Source: a virus (lineage: Duplodnaviria; Caudoviricetes). Taken from it: a stretch of DNA of 64,000 nt. The notes under the pieces are model-generated. The model made no database searches and was not told the DNA's origin. It saw only the letters and a list, made by a program, of their open reading frames with translations. Position numbers and translations under genes: made by a program. Positions within the stretch are counted from its first letter, which is position 1. Each line of letters begins with the position of its first letter. Below are positions 39,668-48,778 of the stretch, one piece after another. The stretch spans positions 1 through 64,000 of IMG/VR virus record IMGVR_UViG_2627853916_000003. One strand, given 5' to 3'.

Positions 39668-39979
39668 ATGACCAAAATGAGAAACACAAACCGCGAACCT
39701 GTAAGCGTTGGCAGTATATTGAAAACAGAATTTCTCGACCCGTTATCGATCAGCGAAAGCAAGCTCGCTGGTGCGATTGGCATCGATAAAAGCGCTGTAG
39801 ATGGCCTAATTAACGGAGAAATTACCATCACGCCGCTCATTGCGGCCAAGCTGGCCATTGCGCTAGGGACTACGCCCGATTTTTGGCTAAACATCCAACA
39901 CGCTGTTGATGTTTGGCAAAGCAAGCGCGCAATTGAAACTATTCAGCAAAGCATTACACCGCTTGTAACTCCAAGATAG
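39668..39979 (+). CDS. higA: HigA-family antitoxin (no cognate toxin adjacent)
   Basis: PVSVGSILKTEFL and LGTTPDFWLNIQHAVD. Confidence 0.85.
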   Translation: MTKMRNTNREPVSVGSILKTEFLDPLSISESKLAGAIGIDKSAVDGLINGEITITPLIAAKLAIALGTTPDFWLNIQHAVDVWQSKRAIETIQQSITPLVTPR

Positions 39980-40049
39980 ATAAGCGATTGACTCCTGCTA
40001 TCCGTGTGCAATACTGGTTGCATTAAACATTTTCAAAAAGTTTCACGGC

Positions 40050-41381
40050 ATGAGCAAAAAGATAGCGGGAGTCAGCATCCCACCAGCAAAACCCACTGAT
40101 TTCATTAAAGTAGTAGAGCTAATCGACAAGCTAGACCCAATTAAATACGGGTTTGATAGTAGCGGTAACTACTTGCATTGGAATGACTTCCAGTACCGTT
40201 CAAAAGAGTTTAAAGGCGACCAAAAGGGCTACGCTTGGCATGCCCTAAAAATTAGACGTGGCCTTAACGACATTTCGCTTGTCGATGAAAAGGGCAATCC
40301 GTTCCAACTTAGTGCCGCCAGTCTCGACGCAAAGCTATACCAGATAGATAAACAGCTTAAACTAGAAGATTTACCGCTATCTGCGCATGAAAAAAAGATC
40401 CACCTAGTGAAAAGCGTGATCATGGAAGAAGCCATTAGCAGCGCCCAATTGGAGGGAGCAGCTACAACACGCAAAGTAGCCAAGGAAATGCTTGAAACGG
40501 AGCGTGAGCCTAAAGATGACTCCGAACGGATGATTATCAATAACTGGCGTTTGATCATGATGGCCGATGAACTTAAGGATGTAGAGCTCACACCGGAATT
40601 GATTAGCGGATTTAATGAAATAGCCACCAATGGCGTGTTAGAGAATGAGCACGTTGCTGGCCAATACAGAACGGATGCGGTCATGGTTAGAGACGTGGCC
40701 ACTGGCGATATTGTTCACGAAGCGCCAGAACATGAGCACGTTTTGAAGCTCATCGAGCAACTATGTGACTTCGCCAACACCGACCATACCACCAGCACCA
40801 ATTTTATTAACCCAATCGTTAAGGCTTGTATTCTGCACTTCATGATTGGCTACGTTCACCCATTCATGGACGGGAACGGGAGAACGGCTAGGGCGCTTTT
40901 CTACTGGTTCATCCTTAAGCATGGTTATGAGAACTTTAAGTACGTCTCGATCTCTGCACATCTTAAGAGCGCGCCAACCAAGTACGTTAGAAGCTACGTT
41001 TACACCGAAACGGACGACAACGACTTAACGCACTTTGTGGACTATCAGTTAACGGTGATCATCAATGCGATTGAGCGCTTTAACGAGTACATCAAATCTA
41101 AGATTGAAGATACGAGAGAGGTGCGCGAGCTACTTGATGACTCCAAGCTTAAGGGCGTTTTGAAGCCGCCGCATATTATGATTCTGACCAAGGGCATAGA
41201 AACAGCCGGACGTGTCTTTTCAGTTAAGGAAATTCAGTCTGACTTTGACGTGTCTCATACCTCTGCGCGCAAGTATCTTGAGAAGCTGGTGGAGCTGAAA
41301 TTGCTGTTCAAATCAAAGGATGGCAACGAGAACACCTACATTGCACCAGCCGACTTGAAAGAGAGACTGACCAAAGCTTAA
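40050..41381 (+). CDS. Fic-domain protein (class II) with C-terminal wHTH
   Basis: HPFMDGNGRTAR catalytic motif; SAQLEG inhibitory helix. Confidence 0.92.
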   Translation: MSKKIAGVSIPPAKPTDFIKVVELIDKLDPIKYGFDSSGNYLHWNDFQYRSKEFKGDQKGYAWHALKIRRGLNDISLVDEKGNPFQLSAASLDAKLYQIDKQLKLEDLPLSAHEKKIHLVKSVIMEEAISSAQLEGAATTRKVAKEMLETEREPKDDSERMIINNWRLIMMADELKDVELTPELISGFNEIATNGVLENEHVAGQYRTDAVMVRDVATGDIVHEAPEHEHVLKLIEQLCDFANTDHTTSTNFINPIVKACILHFMIGYVHPFMDGNGRTARALFYWFILKHGYENFKYVSISAHLKSAPTKYVRSYVYTETDDNDLTHFVDYQLTVIINAIERFNEYIKSKIEDTREVRELLDDSKLKGVLKPPHIMILTKGIETAGRVFSVKEIQSDFDVSHTSARKYLEKLVELKLLFKSKDGNENTYIAPADLKERLTKA

Positions 41382-41387
41382 GAGCAT

Positions 41388-41417
41388 CAAAAAAGCCGCC
41401 TAATTGGCGGCCTTTTT
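41388..41417. terminator. Bidirectional terminator between fic and bplB
   Basis: AAAAAAGCCGCCtaattGGCGGCCTTTTT. Confidence 0.75.
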
Positions 41418-41446
41418 GTGGGGAATAGAATAGGTTGGTTTGGCGA

Positions 41447-41944
41447 TTAGAAGTCTACCCAGTTGTATTGCAGCGTGATAGCTGGCTTAACCAGTGCCGC
41501 AGTATCTTCTGTTGATAGGTCGATCACGTCTGAACGCACCTTTACGTGCTCTAAGCGGAATCGATGTGACTTAGCACCCTTACCTTTAGTCGATTCAGGC
41601 GTAGACTCGATAACCACTGTGACCATTTTCTTGTCACGAACGATTTCACGCAGCATATCTAGCACTGTACCAGTGATAGTTTCTACGCACGTTACCGCGA
41701 TTTCGCCTTTGTTCTCAAGCGCACCATTTTGGATGTAGCCCAAGCCCATTTGGCCAAAATCTTCTACGTCTGCACGACCCATTGCTGGAAACTGAGTAGA
41801 ACGAACCAAAACGCTGATATTTGGGTATTCTTCGATTTTCATTTCGAACTCTGTACCCATCATCTTTTCGCCAGCTTGGACGTTCTTTGTGAATTTCTGT
41901 TTCAAGAAATTCATATCGCCTTTTGCGTTAAATGCTCCGGCCAT
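41447..41944 (-). CDS. bplB: Tail tube protein (BplB-like)
   Basis: ISVLVRSTQFP, CVETI, DLSTED...YNW. Confidence 0.85.
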   Translation of the reverse strand: MAGAFNAKGDMNFLKQKFTKNVQAGEKMMGTEFEMKIEEYPNISVLVRSTQFPAMGRADVEDFGQMGLGYIQNGALENKGEIAVTCVETITGTVLDMLREIVRDKKMVTVVIESTPESTKGKGAKSHRFRLEHVKVRSDVIDLSTEDTAALVKPAITLQYNWVDF

Positions 41945-41957
41945 AATTACACCTATT

Positions 41958-42566
41958 CTATTGGAAGTGGTTAGGAATCTGTGACTGATTAATCATTTGC
42001 TTAGGAGCGGCGGTAATAGTTACCGTGTTGTAAGCGAAGTTCCCGTCTCGCGTCTTAGGTGCGTTAATGTCATAACTCACCTCGCTAATTCGCATAGGTA
42101 GATTGAGCGCTTTGCCAATCTTGAATCTCGCATCACTTGGAACACGGCCACCAAGGCCATCGGAACTGACTGGAACAGTATTTTGCAGCTCGGGACTTAT
42201 CATCTGAGCCAGGTATTTAATGGGATCATTAACCTCGGATTTGGCATTGGTGAACGCGACAAATTTAAGCGTTACGGTTATCTCTGGCGGTTCGTTCCCT
42301 TGCCAAACTTGCTGACTGTTCCATAGTGTTTTACTCGTCTTATCCGACACGGTTTGCGCGATTGAGGACGTTTTATCTAGGGCATTGATGTTACCCACGG
42401 AATCGCCCTCAAACGGCGCTTCCCATATCGCTCTAAAGGCAAGCTGACACTCATCAGTCATGTAACCAATGACCGTAACCTCTTGACCGCCTATGACTTG
42501 TGTAATGGCGCATTTATTGTGGATAGACACGCCATCATCATTAGGTACGCCGACAATTACAGCCAT
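41958..42566 (-). CDS. pmgG: Tail tube initiator/baseplate protein (PmgG-like)
   Basis: WEAPFEGDS and MISPEL motifs; synteny. Confidence 0.75.
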   Translation of the reverse strand: MAVIVGVPNDDGVSIHNKCAITQVIGGQEVTVIGYMTDECQLAFRAIWEAPFEGDSVGNINALDKTSSIAQTVSDKTSKTLWNSQQVWQGNEPPEITVTLKFVAFTNAKSEVNDPIKYLAQMISPELQNTVPVSSDGLGGRVPSDARFKIGKALNLPMRISEVSYDINAPKTRDGNFAYNTVTITAAPKQMINQSQIPNHFQ

Positions 42567-42575
42567 TGCTTACCC

Positions 42576-43244
42576 TTAATCGTCCATACCGCGAGAATCG
42601 CGCATGCGGTTAGACTTTTTGCGAGCTGCTTTAGCTGCTGAGCTGTGAGCTTTCGCGCGCGCTTTCTTAAGTGCTGCTTTTTGTGCTGCACTCATACGGC
42701 GCTTACGGCGATTCGTTTTGATGTAAGTCACCTTACCGTCACGGATCACTTTCTTAAGCGCTTCAAGCATCATGGATTCACGAACGGCGAACTCTGCGAT
42801 CGCTTCGTCTGAGTCCACGTTGTCTAGGCCACGCTCTAGGGATTCAAAGATGCGATCTGCCGCTTCTGGATCTTCCAGTGCTTCTCGCATGTCGCCATCT
42901 TTAGGCTGGCCAACTTGAGCAATAAACTCACTAGCCGCTTCCTGTAGCGATTCGTATAGCGCTGCTTGGCCATCGGTTAGCTCGGTATCGTCATCGCCAC
43001 CAGCCATGCCAAATAGCATTGCGTCTAGGTTGTCGATTGAGCTGTCACCACCGTTAACCCACTGAACACAAGCCGCTGCTGCGTCTTGGCGAGCCATGAT
43101 GGTTGATGCACGGTTGATGGACTCAAGAAGTTGGTCTTCTGTTACAGACTCAAAAAATGCAGTTTCAGTTTGTTCCTGCTCGGCCACTTGTGGCATCACA
43201 AATGGGCGAGCAAGAACAGAACCCTCAGAAAACATTGATTTCAT
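42576..43244 (-). CDS. P1 gp21-like virion protein
   Basis: Acidic body with basic tail RMSAAQKAALKKAR as in P1 gp21. Confidence 0.8.
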   Translation of the reverse strand: MKSMFSEGSVLARPFVMPQVAEQEQTETAFFESVTEDQLLESINRASTIMARQDAAAACVQWVNGGDSSIDNLDAMLFGMAGGDDDTELTDGQAALYESLQEAASEFIAQVGQPKDGDMREALEDPEAADRIFESLERGLDNVDSDEAIAEFAVRESMMLEALKKVIRDGKVTYIKTNRRKRRMSAAQKAALKKARAKAHSSAAKAARKKSNRMRDSRGMDD

Positions 43245-43265
43245 TCTATTCTTGCTCTTTGTTGA

Positions 43266-44840
43266 TTAACGGATTAGTACAGGTTCACCAAGGATTCGAC
43301 GTGCAGAGCCAGTTGGACAGAACGACCAAGTGACTTTCCAGTAATCGATTTCCACTTGCTTAACTTCCAGCGTCCAAGCGTTCTCGCCGTCTTGAGCTGG
43401 ATTACGAGGTGTCACTAGCGCACCAACGGCTTCATAGCCCTCTAGGATGCTGGCCATACCGTCAGTTAGACCCTCAAGCGTTGCACCGTCAGGTTGGTGT
43501 TTTAGGCGATTACCTAGTGCGTAGAAGTCGCGTGAGATAGCGTCAGCAATAGACACGACTTGCTCAAAACGTAGGTAGTTTTCAGCCGCAGATGACGTTA
43601 GGGAGTCATCAACGAACAGGTTGCCGTTTTCGTCTGTGCCTAGTTTGTTTAGACGTGCCTTGTACATTTCTTGGTAGTTAGGCTCGCCAGCACCTTGGAT
43701 TGGTTTTAGGCCAGTACGTTGGATAACAGCACGTTCAACACCCGCTGGTGTGTAGTGCCAACCGCCGACCGGAGAGGTCTTAGCAACGCCAAGCGCTTTA
43801 GCTGCAAAGCCGATGCCGGAGCCGCCCCATACCGCCATGTTGCCGTAGAAACGACACTTCGCTTGGTAAGGGATATGCACGAATGAAGCGCGATGGTTGT
43901 TGAAGTTCAGACCTTTTTTGAACTCCAATGCCGCTTCGTGCGTTAGGCGAGGATCAACATCGAAGTAGCCAGAAATGCGTTTGTCTTTACAGATTTGCGC
44001 AAGATCAGTGATCACCGCTGTTTCGTAGCAGCCCAAACCACAAACGTAGTTAAAGCTGTAAACGGTAGTGCGTAGTGCTTTCACTGCTTTCTGGTAGTCG
44101 TCAGCCGTAATTTCGCTAATATTGCCGTTGGTCGCGCCAGTGAATTTGGTTTTAGCAATTGCAGTAACTTCGCGTTTCGCTACTTCTGCATCGATGCGAC
44201 AAGTTAGGTACTGCGAACGTTCTTCAAGAACAGTCTCGATAAACGCCGCGCTACCCATTTGGTCTACTGCTGTAGGCTCTAGGGATACAATCCATTCTTC
44301 TAGCACTACAGAGCCACCAGCCGCTTGTTCTTCCTCTAGGGTAAGAGTGAACATACCAGCGCCGTAAGTCGCTTCGTCTGCTTTCGCAAGCGTGATAGAA
44401 CGGTTGTCTGATTGAGCACCGTCTTTGATAGCGAACGCTAAAAATTCGCTTTCTTCTAGCGATAGGTCAGCCGAGTAGTTGATCGCTTCGTTAGTGATAA
44501 CTACATCGTCTGCTGGTTTAGTTAGCTTGATAGCTGGGTAAGTTGCCGTTTTTGGTACGACACGAACCACAAGGCCATTACCGCCGCGCAATGCTTCGTC
44601 AAGAACGCGCATGCCGTCAGCTAATTTGCCAAGGCTTGAGTGGTAAGGCTTACCTAGTTTGTCTAGGAAGTTAGCCGCCGTTACCGGAATAACTTCGAAC
44701 GGCTTACCTTTTTGAGACACAATCACACCGCCAAACACTAGCTGGTTTGAGCCAGTGCCTTGCTTAGTTGTCGAGTCAGCGTTAATTGGCGCAACCGCAA
44801 CTTGTGAGACGTTATCCATTGAAAATTCAATCTTACTCAT
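43266..44840 (-). CDS. Tail sheath (P1 gp22-like)
   Basis: 524 aa; GGWHYTPAG, NYLRF, CPTGSARRI. Confidence 0.9.
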   Translation of the reverse strand: MSKIEFSMDNVSQVAVAPINADSTTKQGTGSNQLVFGGVIVSQKGKPFEVIPVTAANFLDKLGKPYHSSLGKLADGMRVLDEALRGGNGLVVRVVPKTATYPAIKLTKPADDVVITNEAINYSADLSLEESEFLAFAIKDGAQSDNRSITLAKADEATYGAGMFTLTLEEEQAAGGSVVLEEWIVSLEPTAVDQMGSAAFIETVLEERSQYLTCRIDAEVAKREVTAIAKTKFTGATNGNISEITADDYQKAVKALRTTVYSFNYVCGLGCYETAVITDLAQICKDKRISGYFDVDPRLTHEAALEFKKGLNFNNHRASFVHIPYQAKCRFYGNMAVWGGSGIGFAAKALGVAKTSPVGGWHYTPAGVERAVIQRTGLKPIQGAGEPNYQEMYKARLNKLGTDENGNLFVDDSLTSSAAENYLRFEQVVSIADAISRDFYALGNRLKHQPDGATLEGLTDGMASILEGYEAVGALVTPRNPAQDGENAWTLEVKQVEIDYWKVTWSFCPTGSARRILGEPVLIR

Positions 44841-45264
44841 GTTCAGTCTCTTTCAGCGTTAGATCCTGTGCTGCAAGCTGGCCGACAATTTCTTGCAAAC
44901 CCGCTTGAGCAATACCTTTCACCGAAATCACGTTTTCTTGCGTCATCTCGGTTAGTTGCTCAACCGTTGTTACACCGTGGTTAGTCAGTGCTTTTTCAAC
45001 GCTCGCGCTTAGCTCAAGTGCTGATAGCGCTGTGCCTTTGTCGCTGGTGGCTGTGTCTGGTTGTTTTTGAACTTCTGGTAAAACCGTTGGCTCAAGGCGA
45101 ACCGAAACAAGGCCGTTTGGATAGGCCGCTTCCACTTCGTGTTTGAAGCGGTTCACGTTGAAAACTGAGAGAGGAAAATCTTTAGCCAGTGGTGGCATGA
45201 CGCGACCCTGTACCGTGATTTCCTTTGGTGTGTGGTTGGTGATTAAAACGATCGTTTCTTTCAT
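44833..45264 (-). CDS. Protein with C-terminal RNAP alpha-CTD-like (HhH) domain
   Basis: LELSASVEKALTNHGVTTVEQL...VKGIAQAGLQEIVGQL. Confidence 0.65.
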   Translation of the reverse strand: MKETIVLITNHTPKEITVQGRVMPPLAKDFPLSVFNVNRFKHEVEAAYPNGLVSVRLEPTVLPEVQKQPDTATSDKGTALSALELSASVEKALTNHGVTTVEQLTEMTQENVISVKGIAQAGLQEIVGQLAAQDLTLKETEHE

Positions 45265-45310
45265 CGAATCCCCCAAGAGCGGCAGCCCGTAAGACTGCCG
45301 CTTACTTGCC

Positions 45311-46957
45311 TTATGCCGCTTCTGCTACAGGAGCTTCGTCGATAAGTTTCACACGGTAGAAGTAGTTCTCACCGTCGAATGGATGGATCTCGCCGTAGGC
45401 CAATTCGTATAGCGTGTTAGACGCTACTAGACCTTTGCCGATTGGATGTGTGTACATGGTTGCTGCGATCGCATCACCCGCTACGTAACCGGCTTCTGAG
45501 TGAGAAGAACCGCGACCGTAACAAAGCATGTCGTTCGTACCGATAACGACTGGACACTCGAACACTTTCCACATACCGAACAATTTACCCGCGTAGTGGA
45601 TAGCGTTTTTCTGTTGGTAGTTAGCCGGAGCAACGAAATATGGAGCACCTAGTGACTTAAGGATTGTTGACGCGCCAGTACCAGCAAAGATACCTGTCAT
45701 GCCAGTTGTGCGAGTCGCTTGTAGGATCTTCGTAGAAACGTTTAGAAGAACTTCGTTTAGACGTTCACGATGTAGACGCCAATCTTCACCAGCCGCTACA
45801 TAGATATTGAATGTTTCTTCGCGTGTACATGCGAAGTCCATATCTACTAGGTGGCGAGTAGACTTCTCAGATGCCAATGTGTTGCGCATGTGGCTCATTT
45901 GAAGCGATTTCAGATCTTGGCCAAACTCACGTTGCATTGCGAACATCGCTTGGATTGTTGCGTCTGCTGCGATTGCGTTTTGACGTGGGCGAAGAATGCG
46001 AGAATCCATATCGTGATCGATAGTTGGGATCAGGTCTGGACGTTTCTCGATGTCTACTTCGAACTCGATGTGTAGAACAGTTTCGGCTGGAAGTGCTGAT
46101 GTTGGGTTAACAGTCACTTTGCCTTTCGCATGGTCAATCTGACAGTTGATAACTACACCGTTGTGAGTACCAGTCATGATTGCGCCGCCGTTGCTGTCTA
46201 GGTCGCGCGCCACACGTTTGTGGTTTACGAATAGAGAAACGGAAGTCTTAGTGAATGGGATTTCAAACTTGGTGTGTTTTAGGTCAGTCTTAGAGTCAAA
46301 GACGTGAGTTGTCTTAGAACCGTCAGGCTGTTGTTCGTCTGCGAACTTGTAACGTTGACGCATTGATGAGTATTGGCCAACCGTTGCTTGGTCGATCTCA
46401 GTACCCGCTGCGAAGTCACCGAAGTTTGAACCAGTGCGGCGGTACACTTTGAAGATCTCAACTTCGTTAGCACCCGCAGGGATCATCGTTACAGCGTCAA
46501 GTGTTGCTGTTTCAAGAAGAACAGGAAGCACTAGGCCAACCATCTTCGCACGGATTTCAACACCCTCAGATGTTGATAGAGATTGACCGATAGACTCAAG
46601 CATCATTGCGCCTGTTGAGCCGTCACGTTTAGCACCCTCTAGTGTCATCATGTTACGCATAGTTGCGTGAGCAGATGCCATTAGTTCGTCGCTAGGTAGG
46701 TGGCCGTAAGTCTTCTCGTACTCACGTACCGCAGATTGCATACCAGATACGATACCAACCGCTGTTTCTTGAGACACAGACTCGAACATAGGCTCATTCG
46801 CAATAGCTGACAAAATAGCCGCGCCACGAGAATTGTCGTCAGTTAGAAACATGCCTGTTTGCGCATCGAATTGGGATTCGATACACAGATTACGCATTGC
46901 TTGAGCGCCTAAATGGATCGCCTCAATGCGTTTGTTGAAGTTAGAACGCTTATCCAT
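45311..46957 (-). CDS. Major capsid protein (P1 gp23-like)
   Basis: 548 aa; DIEKRPDLIPTIDH and AGYVAGDAI. Confidence 0.9.
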   Translation of the reverse strand: MDKRSNFNKRIEAIHLGAQAMRNLCIESQFDAQTGMFLTDDNSRGAAILSAIANEPMFESVSQETAVGIVSGMQSAVREYEKTYGHLPSDELMASAHATMRNMMTLEGAKRDGSTGAMMLESIGQSLSTSEGVEIRAKMVGLVLPVLLETATLDAVTMIPAGANEVEIFKVYRRTGSNFGDFAAGTEIDQATVGQYSSMRQRYKFADEQQPDGSKTTHVFDSKTDLKHTKFEIPFTKTSVSLFVNHKRVARDLDSNGGAIMTGTHNGVVINCQIDHAKGKVTVNPTSALPAETVLHIEFEVDIEKRPDLIPTIDHDMDSRILRPRQNAIAADATIQAMFAMQREFGQDLKSLQMSHMRNTLASEKSTRHLVDMDFACTREETFNIYVAAGEDWRLHRERLNEVLLNVSTKILQATRTTGMTGIFAGTGASTILKSLGAPYFVAPANYQQKNAIHYAGKLFGMWKVFECPVVIGTNDMLCYGRGSSHSEAGYVAGDAIAATMYTHPIGKGLVASNTLYELAYGEIHPFDGENYFYRVKLIDEAPVAEAA

Positions 46958-47240
46958 GTAAATAAACCTTAGTTATTTATTGAGTGTGTTCGGAATCATT
47001 AAGCCGCAGAAAAAGCGGTAAAAATTCGCTCAATTTCGGATAGTAATTAAGATTTATTGCGAAAAAAACAGGGCAAAAATGGCGTTTAACTTATTGTTAT
47101 CTAATGGTTTTGTGTCTTTTTGTGTGTCTTTGTGGGAATGGTAACGAAAGGGTATTTCTATATCTTTGATTGTGTGTTTTTGGAGAGGTAAAAGGGGATA
47201 GGAAAGGACAGCTAAAAAAATTTTAAAAAATTTTTAGCCG

Positions 47241-47588
47241 TTATAGCGTTCCAGCCAAAAAGCCGAACACATTGCTTAGCAGCTCTTGTGTGTCAGTTTC
47301 CAAGCTAGGAAGCTGTACACCGTAGAAAACCGCTAAAAAGTCACGAACGATGAGCTGATAAACGACCACCAGCGCAATGCTCCACATCATTGCTGAGCGT
47401 CCAGTGCGTACCAGCGTGTTAGAGCTGGCTGCCTCAAGTTCTGCCAGTTTGTAGGCAAACTCTTTGCGTTCTTCGTCGCTGGTAAACACGCGATCTCCAA
47501 ACTCGGCCAGTTCGTGAATAATGCCGCCCACTTTATCGCTGGTGGCACTCTTAAATAGACCTTTAGTAAACACTTTTGCTAGTCCCAT
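47241..47588 (-). CDS. Putative holin
   Basis: FTSDEER motif plus TM helix; next to amidase. Confidence 0.65.
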   Translation of the reverse strand: MGLAKVFTKGLFKSATSDKVGGIIHELAEFGDRVFTSDEERKEFAYKLAELEAASSNTLVRTGRSAMMWSIALVVVYQLIVRDFLAVFYGVQLPSLETDTQELLSNVFGFLAGTL

Positions 47589-47590
47589 AT

Positions 47591-48139
47591 TTAGCCCTCT
47601 TTGATGTGTTCTGCGAACGCTTCTGCCAGTACCACGGCGAGCTGTTCACGTAGTTCTAAGCCCTTTTGCAACGATTCATCGTTAGACAAAAAGAACGGCT
47701 CTAAAATCACGGCTGGCATCTTGGTTTTCATCAAGAAACGCCAACCGCGAGTATCAGTACCAGTGTTCGAGATAGGCTTAAGGCCACGGTCACGCTGTCC
47801 GATAAGTCCAGCCACCGCTTTTTGTAGGCACTGCGCGAGCGCTTGGCTCTTGGCGGATTTGTGCCAGTACAATGTCTCTGAGCCTTGAACGTCCTTATTG
47901 GCCACGCTGTTACAATGTAACTCGATGGCGTAGTTAGCGCCCGAACCGTTCACGTCATCGATCATGCGTGAGTAGGTATCTCGGTACATGATCACTGGAA
48001 GAATGTCGCGCTTATGCAGTTCGGCAGCCAATAAGCTGGCTAGGGGATGATTGTATGCGTACTCATTCATTCCGAATGTTTCATTGTGCGCGCCACCATC
48101 TTTAAAACTATGGCCAACGATAATACAGACTTTTTTCAT
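47591..48139 (-). CDS. Endolysin, N-acetylmuramoyl-L-alanine amidase (Amidase_3)
   Basis: [20 protein letters not shown]. Confidence 0.92.
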   Translation of the reverse strand: MKKVCIIVGHSFKDGGAHNETFGMNEYAYNHPLASLLAAELHKRDILPVIMYRDTYSRMIDDVNGSGANYAIELHCNSVANKDVQGSETLYWHKSAKSQALAQCLQKAVAGLIGQRDRGLKPISNTGTDTRGWRFLMKTKMPAVILEPFFLSNDESLQKGLELREQLAVVLAEAFAEHIKEG

Positions 48140-48183
48140 TTTTCAGATTTCCAAACTAAATATAACTAATTAATAGTTAAGTG

Positions 48184-48212
48184 TTGACTGTGTTCGGAAT
48201 AGGAAATATATT
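48184..48212 (+). promoter_or_regulatory. sigma70 promoter of the Qrr-like sRNA, with GTGTTCGGAAT in the spacer
   Basis: TTGACT-N17-TATATT. Confidence 0.7.
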
Positions 48213-48218
48213 ATTTGC

Positions 48219-48340
48219 GTCTACTCGTTCTCCCAAGCGAGTGATGCCAACTGACGTTGAGATACTTCAATTTACTTCGACTGACAGCCTGACATTAGCT
48301 TCCAGTTTCGCCGCGACTCACTTACCTCGCGGCTTTTTTT
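48219..48340 (+). ncRNA. Qrr-like small RNA
   Basis: 5' hairpin ACTCGTT/AGCGAGT; Qrr core GCCAACTGACGTTG (48246-48259); terminator GCCGCGA...TCGCGGC-T7. Confidence 0.7.
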
Positions 48341-48386
48341 GCCTGTCGCATAGAAAAAACCAGCGCGAACGCTGGCTTTACTTGGA

Positions 48387-48728
48387 TTATGGTCGGTTGT
48401 GAACGGGCTCTATCTTGTTTGATTTAAAGTAATCAATAACAGGATTCACTCGATACGGCTCTACATGGAAGCTGGCTACTACCTGATCTTTGCGCATCAA
48501 GTAAAACTGATTTCCGTTGTATCGTACCGCATCAAATATCACGTTCATCCGGCATCCATCGTACATGTACTCGCCATCGACGCTAAGGCTTTTGCGTATC
48601 ACAAAGGATAGGCGCGCCTTGGTCGCTTTAAGCTCATTACGGACTTTAACTAAGTTAATCGCCAGTACGATAAGGAGCGACAATAATCCGCATAGTTGGT
48701 ATGCGTTAAGGTTAATTGAATAGCTCAT
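48387..48728 (-). CDS. Membrane-anchored hypothetical protein
   Basis: N-terminal TM helix starting MSYSINL; terminator at 48354-48379. Confidence 0.6.
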   Translation of the reverse strand: MSYSINLNAYQLCGLLSLLIVLAINLVKVRNELKATKARLSFVIRKSLSVDGEYMYDGCRMNVIFDAVRYNGNQFYLMRKDQVVASFHVEPYRVNPVIDYFKSNKIEPVHNRP

Positions 48729-48778
48729 ATTGTTATTTTTTATGTACGAATAGGAAATTTGTAAAATACGGAAACATT

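Noticed and set aside
48181-48402. 73-aa ORF over the Qrr-like locus
   Set aside because: No SD; it starts inside the promoter and runs through two terminators
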